64,000 nucleotides of DNA from a virus: positions 1 through 64,000 of IMG/VR virus record IMGVR_UViG_3300036668_000241; one strand, given 5' to 3'. Position 1 is the stretch's first letter, and each line of letters begins with the position of its first letter. Of the stretch, positions 51,241 to 59,639 are shown one piece after another. The notes under the pieces were generated by a model. That model was not told where the DNA came from and did no database searches. It saw nothing but the letters and a program-made list of their open reading frames with translations. The position numbers and the translations under genes were made by a program.

Positions 51241-51278
51241 AAACAAAAGTCCCTGCATAGAGTAGAAAATGCAGGGAC
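51241..51278 (-). terminator. Intrinsic terminator after the transglycosylase gene
   Basis: GTCCCTGCAT/ATGCAGGGAC 10-bp stem followed by TTTTGTTT on the minus strand. Confidence 0.75.
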
Positions 51279-51295
51279 CTTATAGAGATATTATA

Positions 51296-51910
51296 CTACA
51301 AGTTGCAGGTTCTTCCGGGAACAGTCTCATTCCAGTGGTGCCTGCCAGACCATTTGCTCTCGTAGTTGAGTGCAGTAAAAAATGCTCGGTCCTGGAATTC
51401 ACGAGCCCATTTGTTGATCGGGGTCTTCTGCAGTTTGGTACGGATTTTCTTGGCGACTGGTTTGCCGTAGTCCTTCTTGAGTTCTGGGTAGATCATATGA
51501 GGAAGTCCATTTCTCCAGCTTCGATCCAGGAATTGATATGCGCCAGCAGCAGTTGAGGTTGGGTAATTAGTAGCTCCATATGTGTTGCGGGATTCTCGGT
51601 ACATTACGCATTCGCGGAAATGCTCTTGAGATTTGTTGTAGAACTTGCCGGTGTAGACGCTCTTCTCATATCCATGCATGGACGGATGTTTATACTTCCG
51701 AGTGACCGTTGGCATCTGAACTCGAGCAATCGTAGGGACCGAGGTGACTGCCATAGCGGTAGTGAAAGTTATTCCCCGGGCATCCTTTGGGACTGGCGTA
51801 ACAGCCGTGGAAGTTGCAAGTGAAGATGCTGAAAGCAGAGTGACAACGGATAGTAGAAATAGGAGTACACTAAGCTTGCCTGCTACTTGGGTATATTGAT
51901 GGTTGAACAT
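51296..51910 (-). CDS. Secreted lysozyme-like transglycosylase (Rpf/SceD-like)
   Basis: Likely start MFNHQY after AAGGAAAG; hydrophobic signal; CVMYRES...STAAGAYQFLDRSW...QDRA...HHW..C. Confidence 0.75.
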   Translation of the reverse strand: MFNHQYTQVAGKLSVLLFLLSVVTLLSASSLATSTAVTPVPKDARGITFTTAMAVTSVPTIARVQMPTVTRKYKHPSMHGYEKSVYTGKFYNKSQEHFRECVMYRESRNTYGATNYPTSTAAGAYQFLDRSWRNGLPHMIYPELKKDYGKPVAKKIRTKLQKTPINKWAREFQDRAFFTALNYESKWSGRHHWNETVPGRTCNL

Positions 51911-51998
51911 ATCTTTCCTTCCGTGGTGGTCGGTTAGTTGTGATGGTAAAAGGTTGAGCCCCTCCTCTTCTGGCGAAGATCGGGGGCCCAATTTTAGT

Positions 51999-53033
51999 TT
52001 AAGTTGCTTTCACGGTAAAACCATTTTTCTTTCCTAGCTTTATAAGTGAAGCTCTACCAGGGATTCCGTCAGCGTCTGCGCCTGTGTAACCCAGCTTTTT
52101 CTGCCACTTGGCGTAGGCTGCCTTAGTAGCAGCATTAAATACGGGAGAGACTTGCTTGGCTAGTCCTACCTCCTTTTGAAGGGCTTCTTGTACCGTGCCG
52201 ACCGAAGCGTTCTTTTGCCGTGGCTTTAGATCGCTAAGCTTTACGACTGGCTTCGGTGCTGGCTTTGGCTTGGCTGGCACCACTTCACACACAACTACTG
52301 CTGGTGGGTCGGACTTTGGGATTTTTCCAACAATAATCTGTTCTGGCTCTGGTGTTGGGGTGGGTTTGACAACCAAGACGCCTTTTGAATTGGCTTTTAC
52401 AAAGGCAGTGACTTCTCTGCGCGTCTTCTCTGAATCTATTACGTTCCTTCGGGCGATTCCTACGACCTGATGCCACCAATCGAGATCCTGCTTGACATCG
52501 GGTTTGCGGGTAGTCCAATCTTGATGACGGATCACTCGATCTACTGGGTACGACAGGTTGAATGGGCGCAGGGCGTTAAGTAACGCAGCGGAGAGCAAAG
52601 CTGTAGATATCACCTGCTCGAGGGTCATGCCACCTTTAGTTCCGTTGATGGCTGCCGTTGTACCAAGAGATTCGATTTCGATTCCGTACAGGTACTCGTT
52701 ACCTTGATCCTTGGGAACGGTAACGTCGGGAAGTGTTTTTCTTTTGAAAGTTACAGGTCCGCCTGAACCAGCATGATAGGCGCTGGTACCTGAAACAACT
52801 TCAACGGTACCGTCGCGGTTTACGAGGAAGTGACATGCGCGCACTGGAGCATAAGGGTTGCCGTTGACAATCCAGTTAAGGGAGTTCGTGCCAGCCGTGT
52901 GGTGGAGAACTACGCCGACACTCGGGGACGTTCCGTAAACGTCAATCTTCTTGGAATCCCAGCCGTCAATGAACTTTGTGGGAACTCCGTACTTCTTGAG
53001 TTTGTACTTGAGCCTTCGTTGTGAAACTCTCAT
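51999..53033 (-). CDS. Endolysin: N-acetylmuramoyl-L-alanine amidase (Amidase_2) with C-terminal peptidoglycan-binding domain
   Basis: VVLHHTAG, CHFLVNRDG, AYHAG, GIEIE, IRHQDW..RKPD; Pro/Lys linker; TKAAYAKWQKKLGY...ADGIPG. Confidence 0.88.
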   Translation of the reverse strand: MRVSQRRLKYKLKKYGVPTKFIDGWDSKKIDVYGTSPSVGVVLHHTAGTNSLNWIVNGNPYAPVRACHFLVNRDGTVEVVSGTSAYHAGSGGPVTFKRKTLPDVTVPKDQGNEYLYGIEIESLGTTAAINGTKGGMTLEQVISTALLSAALLNALRPFNLSYPVDRVIRHQDWTTRKPDVKQDLDWWHQVVGIARRNVIDSEKTRREVTAFVKANSKGVLVVKPTPTPEPEQIIVGKIPKSDPPAVVVCEVVPAKPKPAPKPVVKLSDLKPRQKNASVGTVQEALQKEVGLAKQVSPVFNAATKAAYAKWQKKLGYTGADADGIPGRASLIKLGKKNGFTVKAT

Positions 53034-53488
53034 TTTACTCCTCTACAATCTGTGTAATGATTTTGGTCATCTTTTAATCATACAGCAGAATGTCTTGGTT
53101 TATCAAGGTAGATCGGATTTTTATTACTTTTTATCGAAAACTTTGAGGTGTCCCTGTTGGCAAAAACATAACACTTTCATTGTGTTTCTGTAGAGAGTCT
53201 CCCCTTCTGCGGTTGCGGCGGCGGAAGAATCCGGGGTTGTTTAGGCCCTTTATTTGTGGCTAGTATTTCTATTATTGATGAAGCTATATGATAGAAAATC
53301 ATCGTTTTTTAGACTTAAGTGGGACCATTCAACTAAAGAATTAGAGGCGGATATGGATGTGTGTAGGGTAAAAAGTTACTTACGTCAAATGATGAGTTTG
53401 CGTGAGATAGGTGTAAGTACAAATTAGTGAGTTACTAGCAGGAAAAAATATATGTAAGTTGTTGTTTGGTGTAAGTGGAAACCATTCA

Positions 53489-53594
53489 TCTATATCAACT
53501 GTATGCAATATGAACTATTTTTACAGTACACGCGTACGCGCGCGCCTATGGGCTCTACTAGAAAATAGTTCATATTAGCGACAGCTGATATAGA
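53489..53594. repeat. 33-bp imperfect inverted repeat around an alternating CG core
   Basis: TCTATATCAACTGTATGCAATATGAACTATTTT (53489-53521) versus AAAATAGTTCATATTAGCGACAGCTGATATAGA (53562-53594); core ACGCGTACGCGCGCG. Confidence 0.85.
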
Positions 53595-53748
53595 AGTATA
53601 GTTTTTGTTATTGTTCGTGGATTTATATAGGTACTAATAGACGACGTAGAAACATAGAGTATTGGTAAGTAAGGTCCACTTTAAATGTCTTTCGCTAAAA
53701 ATAGCTGTTTTAGTTGACTTGTTTCTACTTCGGGTGTAGGATGAGCGC

Positions 53749-54327
53749 ATGATCCTCTTTTACGGGCTGAACGGTGAGACGATTTCTGAGAAAGAGTGGA
53801 GCAAACTATTTGGGAGTCCGGATCGAATTGTGGCGAAGATGAACCTGCCGGACCAAGGAGTTGTAGTTTCAACTATTTGGATAGGACTTTCTTTTTCAGA
53901 TGAGCTAGCGACAGGAGATCGACCGCTGATATATGAGACGATGGTCTTTCCAGAGAATGATTACCTTGAGATAGAGTGTTTCCGTTGGGCTACTCGCTAT
54001 GAGGCAGCGCAGGGCCATGCAGAAGTAGTTGACAAGGTAGTCTCTGGAGAGATATCCTTGGGAGTAGATCTGGCTCGAGGTCTTCAATCTGATATTGATC
54101 TTGAGTACAAAGAGTTAATATCTAGGAAGTCTGCCGAAGTAGATGCTTCAGGAGTTCCTACTGCTGGGTGTCCGATATGCGGAGACCGCTGGATTTTAGT
54201 TCCGATGCTTTTTGATGAAGAGACGTATGATGTTGCTGCGTGGGGCACAGAAGGAACGTGCTACTCATGTGGGACAAAGGTGACTGTCTGTACCCCGCTG
54301 GATGCAGAAGGTCTAGGAGAGGATTAA
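53749..54327 (+). CDS. Two-domain hypothetical protein with C-terminal zinc ribbon (leaderless)
   Basis: TTGACT-17-TAGGAT-6 nt-ATG; VSTIWIG..YETMVF domain; CPICG...CYSCG. Confidence 0.7.
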   Translation: MILFYGLNGETISEKEWSKLFGSPDRIVAKMNLPDQGVVVSTIWIGLSFSDELATGDRPLIYETMVFPENDYLEIECFRWATRYEAAQGHAEVVDKVVSGEISLGVDLARGLQSDIDLEYKELISRKSAEVDASGVPTAGCPICGDRWILVPMLFDEETYDVAAWGTEGTCYSCGTKVTVCTPLDAEGLGED

Positions 54328-54328
54328 A

Positions 54329-54628
54329 ATGCTTACCAAAGCGATGACCCAACACGGAACCTACTACCTAATTGATCTTGCGCAAGGAAAAGCTAAGAGA
54401 GTTCCTGCACAGAGACGAGGGGCTATGCACGAAGATCTCGAGTGGTTTAATTTCTATGACGTAATGGCTTTTGACTCTGAGTCACTTGAAATACAGGGAC
54501 CGATTATGGTTGGGAAAAGAATGTACTTTCGAGTTACACATGGAAATTTCTATGATTGGCGAGTCTCAACTGAGGTGATGTCTTTGGAGTCGGTTAACGA
54601 AGAAGGGACGGGAAAGACCAATGGATAA
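54329..54628 (+). CDS. Hypothetical protein
   Basis: RBS GAGGA; co-oriented in the operon. Confidence 0.6.
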   Translation: MLTKAMTQHGTYYLIDLAQGKAKRVPAQRRGAMHEDLEWFNFYDVMAFDSESLEIQGPIMVGKRMYFRVTHGNFYDWRVSTEVMSLESVNEEGTGKTNG

Positions 54629-55004
54629 GGTTCACGACAATCTGTGTTCATACAAGGTTCATCACTATCTTGCAGGAAAGTGCAATTGTGATGTAATAGA
54701 GGCAGTCATTGCGCGAGAGGCAGAGAAGACGCAACTGAAGTTACAGCGCGCTTATGAACAGGGACGAATGGTAACGGTGCGCGAACGCAAGAGAAGTCAG
54801 ACCTTTTCGTTAGTTAAAAATATTGATGTCAGTGGCCTCAATGGGATAGGAGTTGTTGCTTTAGGGGTAGAGTTTCCCGACGGTACAGTGGTCCTGCGCT
54901 GGTTAGGAGAGTACCCAACAACAACTATTCATGGCAAGGGAATAATCTCGGTGGAGGCTATTGAAGGTCATGAAGGTACGATTTGGATTGAGTGGGACCT
55001 ATGA
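54621..55004 (+). CDS. Hypothetical actinophage-type protein
   Basis: DVSG..GIGVVALGVEFPDGTVVLRW. Confidence 0.65.
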   Translation: MDKVHDNLCSYKVHHYLAGKCNCDVIEAVIAREAEKTQLKLQRAYEQGRMVTVRERKRSQTFSLVKNIDVSGLNGIGVVALGVEFPDGTVVLRWLGEYPTTTIHGKGIISVEAIEGHEGTIWIEWDL

Positions 55005-55267
55005 GCAAAGAGCAGTATATTCAACTAAGATCTTCTGAGATTGTTGATAGGGATTCGGCATTCTTTAATGCCGATGGTCGAAGACGAGCGATGGTCGAAC
55101 AGGTGGCGAATAATTTATTTGCTACATGGTTCCCTGACTATGAAACAGGTGGCGGTCCTAAAGGTGACGACTTCCAAAACTGGCACGATATTGCCTGTCT
55201 AGATGCACAGGTAGCCGTAGAAACTTTAATAAGAAACGCATGGATCGACGATCCGACAATGGACTGA
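54992..55267 (+). CDS. Hypothetical protein
   Basis: Likely start MSKEQ at 55001 (ATGA overlap). Confidence 0.6.
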   Translation: MGPMSKEQYIQLRSSEIVDRDSAFFNADGRRRAMVEQVANNLFATWFPDYETGGGPKGDDFQNWHDIACLDAQVAVETLIRNAWIDDPTMD

Positions 55268-55277
55268 ACTGAGAGGT

Positions 55278-55499
55278 ATGAGGATGGAACTGAGCATATG
55301 GGACACGGCAATGATCGCTGCTTGGATTGTGGTATGGCTATCGGTAGCGATGATCTTTTTTGGCATCATTGGAGCAATGGCAAAGTCACGAAAGCAAAAG
55401 AATCAGGTCTATAATAAACTCCGCAAGGCAGTCAAAACCGAAGCGGAGTTCGATCGGATTGTCAAGACGATGAAAGATGGAGATGGGGACACTAAATGA
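55278..55499 (+). CDS. Single-TM membrane protein
   Basis: Hydrophobic N-terminal helix followed by a basic tail. Confidence 0.6.
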   Translation: MRMELSIWDTAMIAAWIVVWLSVAMIFFGIIGAMAKSRKQKNQVYNKLRKAVKTEAEFDRIVKTMKDGDGDTK

Positions 55500-55960
55500 A
55501 TACCGCCTCCGCAGCCCTCGCTGCTCTGGGAATGGATCTCGAAGAAGTAGTGGAGATGGATTCGGTGCTTCGGACACGCCCGGCGCAAAGGGACGGACGG
55601 ATCTGTCTTTGTGGTCATGGGGTCATGAAGCACTCAGAGTTTGGTGGTCATGTGAACTGCAAACCTTCAAAGATGGACTGTCCATGCAAACGGATTCGAC
55701 CAGTCATTGATGTCGAAGACACCAGACCGTTCTTGAGAAAGACTCAAGGCGCTGGCCCCATGCACGCATTGTCTAGAGGGCTAGCAGCTTTGGCTGTATC
55801 TGGCAAAGAAGCGGAATGGATCGTGGACTTGGTGTGTGACCGTTGCGAAGAGGAGAGTGCAATTTTGTATCCTGTTCCTGTTACCCAAAGCGGTTTCGCT
55901 TCAACGGAAGCCACTGGCTATGACGCTCTGCTGTGTATAAAATGCCGAGAGCAGATCTGA
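55496..55960 (+). CDS. Cys-rich zinc-binding hypothetical protein
   Basis: CLCGH..H..C..CPC, CDRC, CIKC. Confidence 0.65.
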   Translation: MNTASAALAALGMDLEEVVEMDSVLRTRPAQRDGRICLCGHGVMKHSEFGGHVNCKPSKMDCPCKRIRPVIDVEDTRPFLRKTQGAGPMHALSRGLAALAVSGKEAEWIVDLVCDRCEEESAILYPVPVTQSGFASTEATGYDALLCIKCREQI

Positions 55961-55964
55961 TCTG

Positions 55965-56234
55965 ATGGAAAGTCGTTATGAGATGTATTCAACTAATTTA
56001 AATAACTATCTAGAAGACTTATTTACTAAAGGTGTAATAACTTCTGACGGATTAGAAGATGTAAAAACTTATTCAAAAAAAGAGATCTTCTCTATGAAGG
56101 GTAATCTTGAGAAGGATATTAAAGATAAGATCATTGAATGGGAAAAGATTGTTTCAACTGGAGATGATCGTTTGTATTCTCTAGGTCTTAGACATGCACT
56201 TGATATAATTTCTGGAGAAAATGCGACCGATTAG
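55965..56234 (+). CDS. Hypothetical protein
   Basis: 89 aa, AT-rich, LYSLGLRHALDII. Confidence 0.6.
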   Translation: MESRYEMYSTNLNNYLEDLFTKGVITSDGLEDVKTYSKKEIFSMKGNLEKDIKDKIIEWEKIVSTGDDRLYSLGLRHALDIISGENATD

Positions 56235-56401
56235 GATGTATAGAATCACTTCTTAAAAATCGGTAAACCATAAATATGCCTTGTTTCTATAATAGATCTG
56301 CTACTAAGTAGTGGGTCTATTATAGTTTATGTTTATAAAATCCCCAAAAAGCTGCTCGCTCTCTCTAAACTCGACAAAAAACGTCCTGGAATTGCGCTAC
56401 G

Positions 56402-56704
56402 ATGTACTTTCGTAAACTTTACGAAAGAATGGAGCTAGCTGTAATGTTCAACAACAATTTCTGGATCGCAGCTTCCGAACGTGCCATCAAGACTTTTGCA
56501 CAAGCCTTGCTTGCCCTTATCGGAACTGATATGGTAGGGATTACTTCCCTTGACTGGCCTGCACTTCTCGCGGCCTCCGCAACGGCGACTCTGCTCTCCG
56601 TTCTCTCATCCGTAGGTTCCGCTAACTTCGGCAAGAACCCTGGACCGTCTCTTGCAGACGAGACAACCGAGTCGAAAACAACCTTTATTGAAAACGTAAA
56701 ATAA
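56402..56704 (+). CDS. Holin, r1t-type
   Basis: FWIAASERAIKTFAQALLALIG...DW..LLAASATATLLSVLSSV...GPSL; probable start MFNNN at 56444. Confidence 0.85.
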   Translation: MYFRKLYERMELAVMFNNNFWIAASERAIKTFAQALLALIGTDMVGITSLDWPALLAASATATLLSVLSSVGSANFGKNPGPSLADETTESKTTFIENVK

Positions 56705-56719
56705 CAAGTAGATAACGAA

Positions 56720-57775
56720 ATGTCTGAACTCTTAAAGAGTATTGAAGTTGGCGATGGCGGCCCGGATAACAACAACAACACGCCCGATGATTACTCCGAG
56801 CCGCTGGAACCTGCTGTTGATGAACCGTTAGACATGCGGCCCGACCTATCCGATATAGGTATTATAGAGATGGAACGGGGTGTTTGTGAGGACACTTTCG
56901 AAAACCGTTCTACTCTACGCCGAGCTAAGCTCAACTGGCAACCGGTCTATGACCAGAGCGGCGTGCCCACCGGACTAATCGCGGCCCGCTCCGCTGAAGC
57001 AATGAAGGAACGACGGATACTATCTCTAGCCGAGAAGAAACCGCTCCTGGTTGACCCAACAAACAGAAACTCTGACTACTGCACCGGTCTCGAGCTCCTC
57101 CTTGAGGACAAAGCTATAAGAATTACTCCACCGTGGGTAATCGGCGCGACTAAGGCCTGGCGTGCCGAGCAAGAAGCTGGCGGCCCGCCAACAAACCGGC
57201 GCGCTCCTAAAGGCTTGCCACACCGCTGCCGTGTGATAAAGAGTGACGGTATCCGCTGTCTCCTGTGGGGTTCAGGACGCCCGAAAGATGACGGCTTGTG
57301 CCGCGTACATTTACGTAATAACCGTAAGCCTGGAGAAGACGTCGAGCGTGCACGTCGAAAGATTATTCAAGCCGCTCCCTATGCCGTTGATGTTCTCGAA
57401 GACCTCATGGAAAACGCTGAGTCTGAACCGGTTCGCCTCAAAGCGAGCACCGAAATCCTTGACCGAGCTGGGATACGAGGAGGACAAGATCTTAATGTTG
57501 AGATCGAAATAACCGAGGCGCGGCCTGCATCTATGGTCGTTGCCGAACGGCTCGCCCGCCTAGCTGAGGGTGCCCTCTCAATGACGGCCCGCCTCCACGC
57601 AATAGCCGAGCAAGCAGAAAACTCAGACATAGTTGACGGTGAAGTAGTTGACGAGGAAGAACCAGGGCCCGCAGCTCAGACAACCGTAAACTTTACCGAA
57701 GTAGTAGCTCCTGGCACGCCATCTGATGAACCGATCGAAAAATTCGAAGACCTAGACGAGGAGTCAATGCAGTGA
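56720..57775 (+). CDS. Putative terminase small subunit-like protein
   Basis: Zn-knuckle RCRVIKSDGIRC...GLCRVH plus AAPYAVDVLEDLMENAESEPVRLKASTEILDRAG, a pattern seen in TerS-like proteins. Confidence 0.5.
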   Translation: MSELLKSIEVGDGGPDNNNNTPDDYSEPLEPAVDEPLDMRPDLSDIGIIEMERGVCEDTFENRSTLRRAKLNWQPVYDQSGVPTGLIAARSAEAMKERRILSLAEKKPLLVDPTNRNSDYCTGLELLLEDKAIRITPPWVIGATKAWRAEQEAGGPPTNRRAPKGLPHRCRVIKSDGIRCLLWGSGRPKDDGLCRVHLRNNRKPGEDVERARRKIIQAAPYAVDVLEDLMENAESEPVRLKASTEILDRAGIRGGQDLNVEIEITEARPASMVVAERLARLAEGALSMTARLHAIAEQAENSDIVDGEVVDEEEPGPAAQTTVNFTEVVAPGTPSDEPIEKFEDLDEESMQ

Positions 57776-58023
57776 TTGATGTGACAGCCGAACAACTTCT
57801 CGAAGCGGCCCGGGAGTTAGCTACCAATCTATTCAACGATGTCGATTTGTGCACAACCAGGCAGGAGCACATCCGCGTAACTTCTCGAGCGAATGCTGCC
57901 GCAGCTTTGTACAACGGATTAAGTAGCGAAGATGGACCTTTTGGGTTAACTTTTACGTTTGACTCTGAAGACGGAGATATTATGTTTACTGCTGAGGAAG
58001 ACCCGAGAAACGACGATTTGTAG
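57772..58023 (+). CDS. Hypothetical protein
   Basis: GTGA overlap with the upstream stop. Confidence 0.6.
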   Translation: MIDVTAEQLLEAARELATNLFNDVDLCTTRQEHIRVTSRANAAAALYNGLSSEDGPFGLTFTFDSEDGDIMFTAEEDPRNDDL

Positions 58024-58133
58024 CTTGAGCTGCAGCTGCGGCCCGATCAGAGAAACTTTATCGAAGTTGGTCTCGAGCTCGACCTAAATCTAAAATACTT
58101 GACTTTATAAAAGCGGCGCGCTAAGGTGCGGAA

Positions 58134-58415
58134 ATGTCTTACCCAATAGAGATACTTCAGTTCACCCGTAGGGGCGATGCTACAAATTCAGAACAGAGGT
58201 ATGTTTTTATTGTCAGCCGAGATCGTCTTTTCATCAGAACAACCTGGACCTTTAAAGATGAACTAGGAAGTACTGTGGGTCCGGACACGGCCACTTTCAC
58301 AGACATTAGACAACTCGAGAAGATTCTCAGGCTCAGAACGGATGCCCTCGTGAGTAAAAACTTTGTGCTCGATGAATACGCCAAAGACATTCTAGAAATG
58401 CAATCCGCCAGGTAA
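58134..58415 (+). CDS. Hypothetical protein (leaderless)
   Basis: TTGACT...TAAGGT-6 nt-ATG. Confidence 0.65.
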   Translation: MSYPIEILQFTRRGDATNSEQRYVFIVSRDRLFIRTTWTFKDELGSTVGPDTATFTDIRQLEKILRLRTDALVSKNFVLDEYAKDILEMQSAR

Positions 58416-58433
58416 TCAATAAGGAGAAACAAT

Positions 58434-58721
58434 ATGGATGTTGAAAGAAGCTACGTAGATATCTCAGTATCAAAAAAGAAAGACGTAAAGTCGGCGGGGT
58501 GGCTCGTCGAGTTTAAATCGGACATTCCCGAAAACCGTGTTGTTGAGGCATTCACCACATCGACGGCTGCTAAGACATACGCCGTCTCGTTTTTCAATTC
58601 GATTTCCGGCGAGGACCGCAAGCGGCTACCCTGGAGCGACTCATCAACAGGATTAGATACAGCGTTCGATACTAGTTATGACATCTCCGCCCGAGGAAAA
58701 GCAATCTTCCGTAAAGATTGA
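58434..58721 (+). CDS. Hypothetical protein
   Basis: RBS AAGGAG; 95 aa. Confidence 0.65.
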   Translation: MDVERSYVDISVSKKKDVKSAGWLVEFKSDIPENRVVEAFTTSTAAKTYAVSFFNSISGEDRKRLPWSDSSTGLDTAFDTSYDISARGKAIFRKD

Positions 58722-58768
58722 CAAACGGCCTGCCGCGTGCAAGACTTCCAGGAGCAGTTATACTGTTA

Positions 58769-58842
58769 GGGGCGGTAGCTCAGCTGGTTAGAGCCCCGAA
58801 CTCATAATTCGGTCGTCGTCGGTTCGAGCCCGACCCGCCCCA
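58769..58842 (+). tRNA. tRNA with CAU anticodon (Ile2-like or elongator Met)
   Basis: GGGGCGG/CCGCCCC acceptor, GCTC/GAGC D stem, CCGAA-CTCATAA-TTCGG, GTCGG-TTCGAGC-CCGAC, A73; followed by CCC rather than CCA. Confidence 0.92.
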
Positions 58843-58845
58843 CCC

Positions 58846-59241
58846 GTGTCTCTTAGTAGCAAAACGAATATACTTAAAAAGACAAAACGACAAACTACGA
58901 TTGGAAATCCAATTATGTTTTTAGAAGCCCTAATTCTTGGAGCCTTATACCGTCAAGAGAGTGACGCAATAGAGTATGCATATGAACAGCCTAAGTCAGA
59001 GAAAGAACGAGACGAACTTATTTTTTCTTATGTCGGTTTAGGATTTCTTATCTGGCCTCTTCTTTCCTGTATCGGCTTGTTTAAGTCTAAATGCAGATGG
59101 TATGTTTCTATACTTCCCGTCGTGTTCGGCGCGATCCTTTTATATGTAGGATATTCAAACGGGGCATGGACTTATTACTTCACTTTCAGTGCTCTCTGGG
59201 CGCTTGTTGCATTTTTTGTACTAGGACTTACAACACCTTAA
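58846..59241 (+). CDS. Multi-TM membrane protein
   Basis: Three hydrophobic helices; likely start MFLEAL at 58915. Confidence 0.6.
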   Translation: MSLSSKTNILKKTKRQTTIGNPIMFLEALILGALYRQESDAIEYAYEQPKSEKERDELIFSYVGLGFLIWPLLSCIGLFKSKCRWYVSILPVVFGAILLYVGYSNGAWTYYFTFSALWALVAFFVLGLTTP

Positions 59242-59253
59242 GGGAGAATAATA

Positions 59254-59574
59254 ATGTTATTGCGAAACTACATCGGATCCGAGATCCGGCGCGCCCGTGT
59301 TGACAAAGACATGACTTTGCGAAGTATGGCGATTGTATCCAATGTAACTATGAGTTATATTTCCGAAGTTGAGCGCGGCCTGAAGGAACCGAGTTCCGAG
59401 GTACTTCGTTCCCTATGCACCGCACTTGACTATCCGGTTTCCTCCCTACTGACTGAGGTTAGTAGCAAGATGTTGATACATGAGATCGAACTGGAGTTGA
59501 AGCTCGGCAGCTACCCAACGTCAATAAAGTATTCCAAAGTGATCCAGGATGGCGGGTTGACAACCGTCGGATAA
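59254..59574 (+). CDS. XRE-family HTH regulator, ClgR-like
   Basis: LLRNYIGSEIRRAR...TLR......SYISEVERGLKEPSSEVLRSLCTALD closely follows the actinobacterial ClgR/PopR pattern. Confidence 0.8.
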   Translation: MLLRNYIGSEIRRARVDKDMTLRSMAIVSNVTMSYISEVERGLKEPSSEVLRSLCTALDYPVSSLLTEVSSKMLIHEIELELKLGSYPTSIKYSKVIQDGGLTTVG

Positions 59575-59585
59575 AGTTCTATAAT
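59557..59585 (+). promoter_or_regulatory. Perfect-consensus sigma70/SigA promoter
   Basis: TTGACA-17 nt-TATAAT. Confidence 0.9.
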
Positions 59586-59639
59586 AAAAGACGGAATGAC
59601 AAAAGACAAACAACACCTATATCTACACAAAGGGACATC

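Noticed and set aside
51912-51995. c-di-AMP riboswitch upstream of the Rpf-like gene
   Set aside because: Only CAACTAACC resembles the motif; the region is too short and other conserved blocks are absent.
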